64,000 bases of DNA, from the NCBI RefSeq assembly GCF_018977255.1, contig NW_024704743.1:88042001-88106000 (forward strand), written 5' to 3'. This stretch comes from Callorhinchus milii (taxonomy: Eukaryota). How positions within the stretch are numbered: position 1 is the stretch's first letter; each line of letters starts with the position of its first letter. The notes beneath the pieces were generated by a model, which saw only the letters and a program-made list of their open reading frames with translations, had not been told where the DNA came from and did not search any database. This document shows positions 12,415-24,131 of the stretch, piece after piece. Position numbers and translations under genes: made by a program.

Positions 12415-12625
12415 ATCCCTTCTCTTGTTTTGAATAATGCCAAGTGATCTTTAACATCCACCTGAACAGGCAAATAGGACCTCAATTTAACATCTCATCC
12501 AACAATGTGGCTCTTTCCCATCACTGCATTGAAGTGTGAGCCCAGGCTGTGAGTTCCAAGTCCTGAAGTGGCGCTTAAACTGCAAATTTCTGACTTTGAA
12601 TGCAACCAATTGAGCTAAACTGCCA
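12415..12625 (-). mobile_element. DeuSINE-like SINE, head plus Deu domain
   Basis: gatctttaacatccacctgaacaggcaaataggacctcaatttaacatctcatcc through caaccaattgagct. Confidence 0.8.
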
Positions 12626-13384
12626 GCTCTTAGTTCCTAACAGACACCAACTAACTCGAAAATCCTGTATATAGTACATAGGTTTAATTTACAAAATTAG
12701 GGAATAGAAGTTCCTGACCTGTTTTATAACCAAGTATATATTTCCTTTTTCAGCACCCTGCGCTGTCTTGTCTCTCTCTGGCACAAACAGTTTGGTTCAT
12801 TAATATTTAAACTACTGTCTAGTGACGTGAGCAAGGCTATTTGGATCATGTTGCCTTTCTGCAGCATGAAGCTCTGTGCAGCACTCTGTTACTTATTTAT
12901 TTATGAATTATGAAAGAAGCGTGGAACATGTAGTCTGAACTGCAGGGCATTTACGAAACAATAAGGGTTGGCTGATCATGTGTTTTAATAGTTTTAAATT
13001 GTTTGGTTTTTTTGTGTATGATGTGATCATGTGCTCGGTTCTCTGAGAAAAAAAATAGTTTTTCGAAAAAAAGGACATATTGATCAGCTGCTAAAGATTG
13101 AGTGAATTAGATTAGATCATGGCAAAATGAAACAATGAAACATTTTTTAAAATACCTTTTGAAACTCCTATCTTAAGGTAGAAATGGCTTTAAAGGTAAT
13201 ATCGGTGATGAAAAATATAGTGTTTCTTGGTGTGTTCAAATGAGTGTTCTTTGATACATTTCACCTCACCCTTCCAAAATATCAACCAAACAATGATCCT
13301 TTCACAGCATGAGCAGTTTTTTTTTAAATAAGTCCCATATTCTGGCCTCTACCATAATTTCTGATAACACTTTATAGCTGTTGA

Positions 13385-13590
13385 TGATTATAATAATAAT
13401 GCTTACATTTGATACAGCGCTTTTCATGTCAGAGGACGTCTCAAAGCGCTTCACAGTATTTATTATGTTTTGTGGGTGAATACAGCAGCCAAATTGTCCA
13501 CAGAATTGTCCCACAAACATCCTGTGTGATTGTGTAAAGAAATCCTTCCTTGTGCCTGCCTTAAACTTATCCTTTGCATCCTGTGACATT
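13385..13590 (-). mobile_element. SINE tail abutting a short CR1 fragment
   Basis: SINE tail at ~13385-13520. Segment 13525-13590 encodes FKAGTRKDFFTQ on the minus strand (CR1 R..FFTQR motif). Confidence 0.65.
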
Positions 13591-14379
13591 TGGGTGAAGG
13601 TAAAAACAATGTTCCTGGTTTACTTTCTCTAAGGAGCTCATCCTTATGGTGGACCAGCAAAATTGTCCCTGCTCTTCTCAGGCACATCTCTGAATGTAGT
13701 GAGCGTGGCTGGGAACTCAACTCACTGTTTTGGCAGAGTGGGAATGGTTGGGCGATCCAATGGGATCTTAAGCAAAGTGCCATCCATTTTACCAGAGTGA
13801 AAAAATTAAAATATCTATTAGATGCTTTTACATTGCCTCTTATCTTTTCCGGGGTGCAGTGAAGTATTGTATATTAGAGGATGGGTATAAGGCTTCAGAC
13901 TCCACCCTCACCCATGGCTTTATGAGAGTAGCCACAGGGTGAAAAATGCAACATGTGTTGGAATAGTTATCATGTAATGCAGATCCTTGAACCACTTCAC
14001 TCTTCTTCGCTCCCAGCAGTATAAGGTGCCTATTGTAGTGACTTTTTGGTGGAACACCAAATTTGGGTATTTGTTTTTTTAGGGTTATTGATAAATTGTG
14101 TCAATTTGGGGTTGGGTTATGTCATGGTTATCCTATTTTTGCAGTCGTTTATAATGTGCAAATAATATGTATATATAACTATGTAATATTATTTAAGGGA
14201 AATGGGGAGGTCTTCCCCTTTAAATGGGTTCTGTAAGATTCCAGGTTGCAGAAGCTGCTTGCAGCACAGAGCTAACAAGCAGCCTGCAGAGTAAAATAAC
14301 ATGTGGCTCTAGTGCGGGAAAAAACCCTTGCATTCGCATCATACGGTGGGCGAAGCCACATGCCTATATAAAGTAATGC

Positions 14380-14489
14380 TCCCCACCCCGACGCCCAGCT
14401 CGGGTCCGTAATTTTGTCTGTCCAGCGCCTTGGGATGTCCGCCCGACGTGAAAGACACTTACAAATGTAATTTAGTTTTTGTTGTTGTT
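14380..14489 (+). mobile_element. L2 3' tail fragment
   Basis: cagctcgggtccgtaa...gtccagcgccttgggatgtccgcccgacgtgaaag...(TTG)n. Confidence 0.9.
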
Positions 14490-14502
14490 CGCTGTCGATT
14501 AA

Positions 14503-15087
14503 GGAAACTCCCTCCTCATCGGCCTTCCCAACTCTTCCCTTCACAAGCTGCAGATCATCCAAAACTCTGCAGCTCGTGTACTCTCATGCACCAGGCTCCG
14601 GGACCCCATCACTCCCACCCTCGCCCGACTCCACTGGCTCCCCATCCCCCAGAGGATCGAGTTCAAGATCCTCGTCCTCACCTTTAAGGTCATCCATGGC
14701 CTTGACCCCTCCCACCTCTCTGACCTGCTGACTCCCTACCAACCTGCCCGCTCCCTCCGTTCATCAGGCTCCGGTCTGCTCCATGTCTCCCGCCCGACCC
14801 GCCCTACCATCGGTGGCCGGGCTTTCAGCCTCTCTGCCCCCACACTCTGGAACTCCATCCCACGGTCCCTTTGCCTCGCTTCCTCCCTTGCCTCCTTCAA
14901 GGCCGGTCTCAAGACCCTTGTCTTCGACCGTACCTTTGGTCTCCCTCCCACCTCTCTGCCTTCCCTCACCCCTACCCCACCCCTCCCCCATGCTCGGGCC
15001 CCGACACCTGACTGTTCAGCGCTTTGGGACGTCCTCCCGACGTGAAAGACGCTCTATAAATGTTATTTTGTTGTTTTTGTTGTGTTG
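14503..15087 (+). mobile_element. L2 LINE 3' fragment
   Basis: Encodes the LHKLQIIQNSAARVL...HWLPIPQRIEFKIL region, then the 3' stem-loop and (TTG)n. Confidence 0.93.
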
Positions 15088-17031
15088 CTTGGCACTCCTC
15101 GTGTTACGTATTGACGTGTACAGGAGTACTGTGCAGTCAGGGTTGGTTTTAATATTTCTTTACTAATGTAGTATTGTGCTGCCAGTTGTTATGGTTATGT
15201 GTGATTGTTATGTTTGATCCCATTGCTGTATACCTTGCATTATTGTGTTCCTTATATGCGAGGTAGTCTACTGTTGCTAGGTTTTAATAAAGAGCTCTTG
15301 TTTCTACTGAATGTATCCTTGAGTCTCTGTAGTATTCTAGGCAAGAAAAGGAGAAAGCACTTCAGAGGGTAGTTGTCAACATAGGAGGTCTACTAGTGCA
15401 AGCAGACTCCGATTAGACATTCCAGTTACCGAGCATTGGAGTAAATGGGAATACCTGTCTGTGTGTGACTCTTACTTGATTGTGTCACTTTTGAAATAGG
15501 AACTCACACCGACAGGGTTAGGAGAGAAGCAAAGGCCACTTAGGCACAAAAGCATTAATAAAATTTACACGTACATCAAGGGGTGAGAACAGTCGCAGTT
15601 AGGGTAATAAACCCAACATTATTCTGCGATAGTCCATTGACTGCTTTGATTTATATTCTCATGGCCGCCACATGTGAGAACACCAACGCGGTATTGTCGC
15701 TGCTTATTTCTAGTCAGGGATCTGGTTTAATTGACAGTGCAGGAATGTACTTGCTTCAAAGAATCACCCCTACAGCTTGTATGAGTTTCTTTATTTGGAT
15801 AATTACTCTCGACTTTGCTACAGAAGGATTCCTGTGCGAGCAGATGGATGCAGGCGTACATTTTCTATGATGTATTTGGCACTGTTGCCTGTTGCTTTTT
15901 CTGTATACAATAATGACATCTTACAAAATCAATTAAAGAGAGAGGTTTTCTTTACATGAATTCCTACTATAGAAAGTAGTGCTACCAAAATCTAGACAGT
16001 AGGAGTTGCTATACTTATTGCGATTTACCATTTGCACCTGAAATTGCAATATTTGTTAACTAATATTGAATTCACTACAAATCACAAGGTTCGGAAACCC
16101 TTTGACATGTTTGATATCATCCTTCCAGAATCCCCACCATAATGTCCTTGAATCACAGCATCAAGCTACTTCTTACATAAGACCAGGAGCTGGTCTCAAC
16201 CATCCTCTTGATCTCAAAGGCCAACAAAAACTCTCAACCGTAAAGTGAAAGATTGTGAAATTAAAGTCATAATATTCTAGCCAATAGAGACATAGGGATC
16301 CAGACTGTTAGCTTTGCTGTAATCTGTTCAGTACAGCAATGGGGATAGCGCTGTACTGCGCTATTTCTGCGCTAGTTCTCCCTGTAATTCATCCTCTACA
16401 GAGATGAGGGTCAGACTGTTAGTCTTCATGACACCCGACAGGACCGCAAGAGTTGCTGGCACTTGAGCAAGGAAGCTCTGGCAACTTAATAGCTGTATCA
16501 ATCCAAAAAGACTGCATTGAATACCACGAGCAAAGCTTTGTATGTAGCCTGAGGAACACTTCCCCCAGACTGTGCAGCTAACTAAAATTGTATTCCTTGC
16601 ATGCAGAAGTTCAAACACAGTTAACCATCACATGCTGAGCTAGTGTTGTTGGAGCATATATTAATTCCAAGGGAACACTTCAGAGTTGTCCCATTGCACT
16701 TTCAACAGACGTTCTCCGCAGACCTTTTGTGCTCATGATAATCATCGGGGTCAATTTTGGGAATTGGCTGCTCTTGTTACAGTTGTGTCTAGTTGCAGTT
16801 GATTTTTATCCCACCTCTTGTATTCTCTCCCAACAAAGAGTTAAGCCTGTACTTTCTTTAATCTTTCTTTTGAACAAATATCTTATAAGTGAGTGTGAAG
16901 CAGAAACTTAACATCGTTCTTTATTGTTCCTGCATGTTATAGTCACTACATGTTATAGTAAATCCTGCAAAGTCCTTTTTGCTGTCTCCCTGACTTGGCA
17001 GGTGCTATATCAATTGCAAGGATTATTATTA

Positions 17032-19814
17032 CAAAAACAACAACAAAATTACATTTGTATAGCGCCTTTCATGCCAGGAGGACGCTCCAAGGCGTTGGAC
17101 AGACAGAGTTACGGACCCGAGCTGAAGGCCGGGGTGGGTAGGGTGGAGGGCAGGGGGGAAGCAGGGAGATCGAAAGCACAGTCGAAGAGGAGGGTCTTGA
17201 GGTGGATCTTGAAGGTGGCGAGAGGGAGGGCAAGACGGAGGGACTGCGGGGTGGAGTTCCAGAGTGTGGGTGCAGAGTGGCGGAAGGCAGGCCTGCCCAC
17301 CAATAGTGGGATGAGCAAGGTGGGGGACGTGAAGCAGGCCAGCGCTCTCTGAACAGAGGGAGCAAAAAGGGTGGTAGGGGTTAGGAGGTTGGAGAGGTAG
17401 GGGGAAGCAAGACCGTGGAGGGCTTTGAAGGCGAGGACCAGGATCTTGAATTGTATCCTCTGTGTGATGGGAAGCCAGTGGAGTCGGGCAAGGATGGGGG
17501 TGATAGGGTTAAGGAGCCTGGTGCGGGAGAGGACACGGACTGCAGAGATCTGGATGATCTGCAGCCTGTGAAGGGAGGAGTTGGGGAGGCCGACAAGCAG
17601 TGAGTTTACATAGTCGAGCCTCGATGTAATGAAGGCGTGTATGAGGGATCAGTGGCCTGCAGTGTGAGACAGTGTCGGAGCCGGGTGACGTTGTGGAGGT
17701 GGGGGAAGGCAGAGCGGGTCATGACGCGAATGTGGGGTAGAAAGGATAGTTCAGGATCAAACAAGACCCCAAGGTTCTGGACTGACTTAGCAAGGTGGAG
17801 TGTGCATCCATGGATAGTGATACCGTCAGCTCCTGAGGTGAGGAGGTGCTGACGGGAGTCAATCAGGAGAGCCTCGGTCTTGTTGAAGTTCAACTGAAGA
17901 AAATTAGCTCTCATCCAGGACTTGATGTCTGACAGACATTCTGTCAGGACAACAGTGGTCCTGGAATCAAGGGTGGAGGCAGAAAGGTAGAGTTGGTGTC
18001 ATCCGACATGTGGAAGTTGACTTCAAGTTGTCTGCGGATGATGTCACCAAAGGGGAGCATATAGATGTTCAAGAGGAGGGGATCAAGGACAGAGCCCTGA
18101 GGAACGCCGCATGAGACGTTCTGGGGGTTAGAGGAGAAGTCATTTGAAGAGATGAAGTGCAGGCAGCGTGAGAGGTATGATCTGAACCAATCAAGGACAG
18201 CGCTGTAGAGGTTGAGGCGAGAGATGAGGCAGTGGATGAGGATAGAGTGGTCGACGGTGTCGAAAGCAGCTGAGAGGTCAAGGAGGACGAGGAGGCAGAG
18301 GGAGCCCTGGTCGCAGATGGACAGAATGTCATTTGTCACTTTGACCAGGGCTGTTTCTGTGCTGTGGGCAGCACGGAAACCCGATCGGAGGGATTCGAGA
18401 AGGGAGTGGCGGGAGAGGAAGGAGCGAATCTGTGAAAAAACATCTCATTCCAGGACCTTGGAGAGGAAGGGGAGGTTGGAGATGGGATGGTAGCTAGAGA
18501 GTAGAGAAGGGTCCAGGGTTTTTTAAGGATAGGAATCATGACAGCATTTTTTAAAGAGGTGGGAACAGTACCAGAGGACAGGGTGAGGTTAACAATGTCA
18601 GTGAGTAGAGAGGCTAAGAGGTGGAGCTGGGAGATAAGGAGGGGTAGGAATGGGATGCAGGGAGCAGATGGTGGCCTTTCATATGGGTTATGGTGGTGAT
18701 GAGAGAGGAGGGGGAGACGGATTCAAAGGTGTGGAGGGAGGGGTGGGTAGAGGCTAGGGTGGGAGGAGGAAATGGGGAGCAGCTAGTAGTTGCAGTGGCA
18801 GAGGCAGCTGAGCGGATTCCCTCGACTTTGGATTTGAGTAAGTCCAACATCATCTCACAGTTGGCATTTGAGGTGAGGATGGGTGTGGCATGAGAGGGTG
18901 GGCAGAGGAGTCAGTTTGTGATGGAGAAGAGGAGCCTATGGTTGTCCTTAGTCTCCAAGATTGTCTTGGAGTAGAACGACGATTTAGCGGAGGCGAGGGC
19001 AGAGCAGTAGGATTTGACATGCTCCAGCCAAATCTGCCAATGGACAATTGGATTTAATTTAAGCAAGGTGAGCTCAGCATTACGTGCCTGGGCTTTAAGG
19101 GAGCGGAGGTGGCTGGTGTACCAAGGTGATTTGCATGAGTAGGAGATGGTTCAGGAAAAGAGGGGCCTGAGGGAATCGGGAGTGGAGGAGAGGGAGCCGT
19201 GGAGAAGGGTGACCGAGGAGGATAGGTCATTGCGGGACGACGCCCAGAGTGGAAGGAGTTCAATTGACTCCAGGGCAGCTGAAAGCGAGAGGGGGGAGAT
19301 TTTTTTCCAGTGGCGGTATGAGATGGAGGTGGGTTGATTAGCAGTGGGGAGAGGGATTGAGGAGTTAAGGGAGACGAAGGTGGGTGAGGGCTTGGGAGGG
19401 CGGTAGATGAGGAGAATTTTGAGGGAAAGGTTGAAGGGGTGATAAAAGGTAAGATGCTCAAAGGAGGGAAAAGTTCCAGAGGAGTAAGGGGATACGCCGA
19501 GTGGGGACCGGGAGATGAGAGCCACTCCCACACCATGACGATTAGGTCGAGGGGTATGTTGGAAGGTGTAGCCGGGTGCTGTGGCCTCAGTCAGGGAGAA
19601 CTTGTCGCCTGGAGTGATCCAGGTTTCAGTGAGGGCAAGGATGTCGATGCGTTCATCAACAATGAAGTCTTGGACGGTGTGTGTTTTGTTGGCGAGGGAA
19701 CGGACGTTTTGTAGACCGATGAGGAGGGGACAGTTGGTGGCAGAAAGTGGGGAAGTGAGGCGGGGAAGGGGGGGTCTGACAGGGAGGGTAGGGATGTGGA
19801 TCAGGGAAGAGAGG
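17032..19814 (-). mobile_element. L2 LINE, long decayed copy (APE endonuclease and RT remnants, internal deletion)
   Basis: Minus-strand ORFs give [38 protein letters not shown] and NFLQLNFNKTEALL. (TTG)n end at 17032. Flanked by tattatta at 17024-17031 and 19815-19822, inside a SINE (ATT)n tail. Confidence 0.95.
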
Positions 19815-19889
19815 TATTATTATAATGTATAAAATAATAATTCCAATTAATGAATAAATGCTCTTATAGAAGAGTTGAAATTTGTTGCA

Positions 19890-20105
19890 TAGTTGAAGGC
19901 CATTCATCCTACTATGTCTGTGCCGATCCATTATCGATCAATCCCAAATGATCCATTAAATTCCATTTACCTGACTTTTCCCCATATGCCTGCAAATTAC
20001 CCCTGTTTAGATATCTACTTAGTTTCCCCTTGAAAGCTAATATGGATCCTGTCTCGACGATTGCACCTGAAGGACATTCCACATCCTAACAACTCTCTGT
20101 GTTGG
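19890..20105 (-). mobile_element. Old CR1 3' fragment
   Basis: gaaggccattc...tgtctgtgccg and cattccacatcctaacaactctctgtgt (reverse complement of TQRVVRMWN). Confidence 0.65.
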
Positions 20106-20107
20106 AA

Positions 20108-20205
20108 TATCAGCCTCAACAATGTGAGTTTCAAATCCTGACATGGAGCTTGAAACCACAACCTTCTGACTCAAAGGTGCTACCAACTGAGCCTGGATGA
20201 CACCT
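20108..20205 (-). mobile_element. DeuSINE-like head fragment
   Basis: cttgaaaccacaaccttctgactcaaaggtgctaccaactgagcctggatgacacc. Confidence 0.75.
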
Positions 20206-20588
20206 AATAGTAACCCTGGTCTTTAAACTGAAATGCTTGAGAGTCGACATATGAAGCACAACAGAGGTGAGCAGTGTGTACTAGAATTGAGCATTGGCCC
20301 AGTTACTTCGCAAATGATCAGCATTGTAGTTTTGGCTCTGTGGCTGTTTCAGGAAATGTAGACCAGCCAAATAAATATTCTGCAGCACAAGAAATTCACT
20401 GGTCAGCCTTAAACCTTCCCAGTTTCTTTGTTATATGCTTGTTTTGCGGCTCAGTGTATTATGATTCCCAATAGGGCTACATCTTTGACAAGGAAGATTA
20501 AGATAAAAGTCAGGGGAACTTTGTTATAGCACACAATTCTGTCCTATAGCATATTCAATATAAAGCTGTTTCATGGTGCGGGTCTACT

Positions 20589-20895
20589 ATAATAATAATC
20601 ATATTCCTTGCATTTGATATAGCGCCTTATCATGTTGAGATGTCTCAAAGTGCTTCACAGAATATATTGTAAAGTGTTTTGACCGTGTATCTTGTGGGCA
20701 AAACATGGTAGCCAATTTCATGCAGCAGTGTCCCTCAGACAGTCATGGAAACCAATCCATTAATCAACGAACAACTGTGTTCCTACTTACTGATAGGTAG
20801 ACAGAGGCGCCTGGAGTAAGAAAATTTGCCCAATGTTTCACCTTGCCCGAGGATTGAATCCGGGTCCTCTCACGAGATGAATGCGCTAAGCAATA
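20589..20895 (-). mobile_element. Older long-form tRNA-Ala SINE copy
   Basis: Shared tail plus the extra middle segment (cttactgataggtagacagagg) also found in 51999-52370, and a degraded head. Confidence 0.8.
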
Positions 20896-21761
20896 TTGTA
20901 CTCTACTGCAGATTCGAAGCTATCTGGAAGCATAGTACACCCATCATCTTGCGCTGATCAGTCGTCAGGTTGTCTTTGTGCTGCAGGTACCTGCTGTTGC
21001 ACAGAAAGTGCTGTTAATGTCACTTGGTGTGTAATGTGGATGAATGCTATGTGCAGAAAGTAGTGCTGATATCATTTGGGGGCACGCGGGTTAGTGCTGT
21101 GCAGGAAATACTGTTGACATCACTTTGTGAAGGGAGTGACATCAGTGGGGCTTCCTGTACATCATCTGCATACACAAGAAATGACATGAGAGGTGACTTG
21201 AAGACCCATTTTGTCACATTTTGTAACATTTTGTCACACCTAATGTGTAACAGGTAGCCATTGGATCCAACCGTCCGCATTTGTCTGTGTATCTTTTATG
21301 AAATGTCTTCTTCATCACTGAGCTGATTTTGACTTTTTGTTTTATGACTTTTTTAGTAATTTTAAATTGTTAAAACTGTTAAATTAGAGGAATCCATTTT
21401 AATACTTTCCAACTGGAAACCTTCTTACATTTTCAAAAAAGAGTCTATTTTATAAATGCTGAATTTTTGAAAGCTCATTGTAAAAATCCTAGGGATCAAA
21501 AAATGTGCATATTTTGTTTGCCTACAAATACACAGTCATTATACTTTACAGAAAACTCTGTGTAGTGGTTTGAGATATTTTGACATAAGGCACTGTGTCA
21601 AATGGGAGGAATATTATGATTACAGGATATGGACAGTATGCAATATGCTAATGTTATAATGCGGTGAACATTGCTACATATGATTTGAAAGATCATTACG
21701 TATTTTATTACATTGCCCCAATGTATCAAAATATTGGGTTAAGAAGCAGAATCAAATGACC

Positions 21762-22051
21762 AGAAATTCCATCTAGTCTTACCCTGTAAAGACCACTTTA
21801 TTTTAACATTTTAGATTAATAATAATAATCCTTGCATTTGAGATAGCGCCTTATCACATCTTCAAGACAAATTATAGACAAAATTATGGAAAATTCTTGA
21901 ATTCAGTTTCAATTCAATTTGGAAGCTGGTCATTTTTAAGATCTGCAGAAAACCGGCTTCGAGATTAAGGTTTAATTTAAGAATTTTTGCACGATTCTGT
22001 GTGATTTTAATACAAAACAGTCTTACAAAGCTGAGTGTCAGTGGAATTTCT
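21762..22051. mobile_element. Palindromic MITE-like element, copy 2, with a SINE tail fragment inserted at ~21818-21865
   Basis: Ends are agaaattcca and tggaatttct. Inner ccggcttcgagattaaggtttaatttaagaattt matches copy 1 ccagcttcaaaattaaggctgtgtttaagaattt. Confidence 0.65.
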
Positions 22052-22886
22052 CGCCCAAGTGTTATTAAGCTTGGGACTATGATGGTATTGCAATTAATTG
22101 GTGAGGTATACATTTGTTTCACTATGAATGATTTTCGGTCAACTTCCCACATGCGCCCACACCACTTGCCTTCCAATCCTCTTGATTCCGACCCAGCTCA
22201 AATGTCTTGGGATGTCCTCCATATGTGAAAGGCGCAATATAAATTTATAAATAAATATTTCCAATTTTTGATATTGCAAGAGTAAAGAGTAAAGAGTAGC
22301 TTCAATAAAATAAGGATTTCCTTCGTCAATTACAGAATAGATAAACCTAAAATTGCCTTGAATTGGAAAGTTTTTTGAATGTTTTTTCAGTGGTACAAAT
22401 CTACTCATTCCAGAAGAATATATTTGGGTCTCCGTTCTAGTTTATGGATTAGATTTTGCACTGATCATCGACCTTGCAGGATATTTTTCTCTAACAAGGT
22501 TTTAAAAGCTGCACTCTGGCTTGGGATATATATTGATTTTTAGGCTAAGCAATCATGCATATTCAAGGTCTTGCTGACCCTCAAGTTGAGACATGGTTAC
22601 TTGTTTCTGTGAATGAAAAATCACATTTTAAAAAGTATCCTTTTTATACATTCACAACTTTAGGACAAAAATAATTACTGGCTGCTGCAAATGCAGTTTA
22701 TTTTAGAGAAACTGTATTTTTTGTGTTGTATTAATATTATGGTAAAGTGGCCTCTGATAATGCCAGTAACATTGTTTCTGCAATATTATTTTTAATTTGG
22801 AGGACATCTGTTTTTATTGAACTTGACTTGAAGTCCTCAAATGCACTTAATATTTGAGCATGACAAATACTGAGCAAGTGAATATA

Positions 22887-23140
22887 TTAGAATCATAGAA
22901 ATTTACAGTACAGAGCCATTCGGTCCATAGAATCTACACTGGCCTTCACAGCAAGCTGTTGTTTCAATCCCACTGCCCTGCCCTAACCCCATACCCCTTT
23001 AAGCCTCTAACTTTCATATACTGTCTACTTCTTTCTTGAAACTCACAATGAACTTTGCTTATGCAACAGTACTTTGCAGGGCATTTGACATCCCAGTAGC
23101 TATCTCTATGAAAACAATTATCCTAAGCTCTCAAGTTTAA
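22887..23140 (-). mobile_element. Old CR1 3' end fragment
   Basis: tagaatcatagaa (reverse complement of the ATTCTATG terminal repeat) followed by gccattcggtcca. Confidence 0.7.
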
Positions 23141-23295
23141 GTCTGTATTAAGTTTTACAACCACATTTGGTTCATCATGCCTCTCTGGCTCTCTGAAAGA
23201 GCTTTCAATTTAGTTTCCGTTCTCCTGCCTTTACAGAAGCATAGTTATCTTTTGTGCCTTATAGCTGAAGCATATTATCGGCACAAACTAATAAA

Positions 23296-23500
23296 GGAGT
23301 TTCTTCTAGTGTCCTGGACAATTCTCAAAATAAAATTGGTTGTTCAGTTCATGGCCATTTGTGGGACATTGCTGTGTACTAATTGGCTGTCATGTTCGCC
23401 CACAAAACACATCACTACACTTTACAATATATCCCGTAAAGCACTTTGAGACATCCTCCCAATGTGAAAGATGCTATACCAAATGTAAGGTTTATTATTA
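23296..23500 (+). mobile_element. DeuSINE-like SINE 3' half
   Basis: ggagtttcttctagtgtcctggac...gtgggacattgctgtg...gagacatcctcccaatgtgaaag. Confidence 0.85.
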
Positions 23501-24131
23501 ACACAAAAATAATGGATTCCTTGTCTTGTTACTTATGGATTCAACTCAGACACAAAGTATTGGCTTATGCTTGACTAAGCATAACTTTCAATTTTTGTGC
23601 TAATATTGATTTAGATTATTGATTTTTATATAAACATATAGAAATTGCAATTGGATGTGTAAAAAAAGTTCAAATTAAAGGGAATGATAATGTGACACAG
23701 CTCAACCGTTATGACCTCTAATTACTTAATGTAGACTATTTTTTTACAGTTCACTAAATTCTTGAGTTTGCATCAGAAGAAGACTCAATTCTGACCTCAA
23801 TTGGAGAAATGTAATCGATTTCTTCCTTGGTTATGTTAGAGAGAACATATTTTTTAAACCAAATATAAATTGAACTTACCACTATTCCTGATGTCAGCAG
23901 TACTGGAGAAGTTTGTTGAATTAATGGTTGTATTTCTCTGATGAGTGTATCTGTTTTAGAATTTTATTGTTCTTGCTTAGTTTGTTGCTGAACTCAAGAC
24001 AGGGCAAATTTGATCAGGGACATAATACCTCATCTGGGGATGGTCATCACATTATAATGGGCCACAAAGCCAAAATGGCCACTGTGATATCACTTTCTGT
24101 GCATACGCCCAGCATTCTGTAAGTGTGGCTG

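Larger units (their letters stand above)
14120..15364 (+). mobile_element. Probable solo LTR interrupted by two L2 fragments
   Basis: Starts TGTCA at 14120, has TATATAAA at 14365 and AATAAA at 15286, and ends in CA near 15364 (alternative end 15381). No clean TSD seen. Confidence 0.45.
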
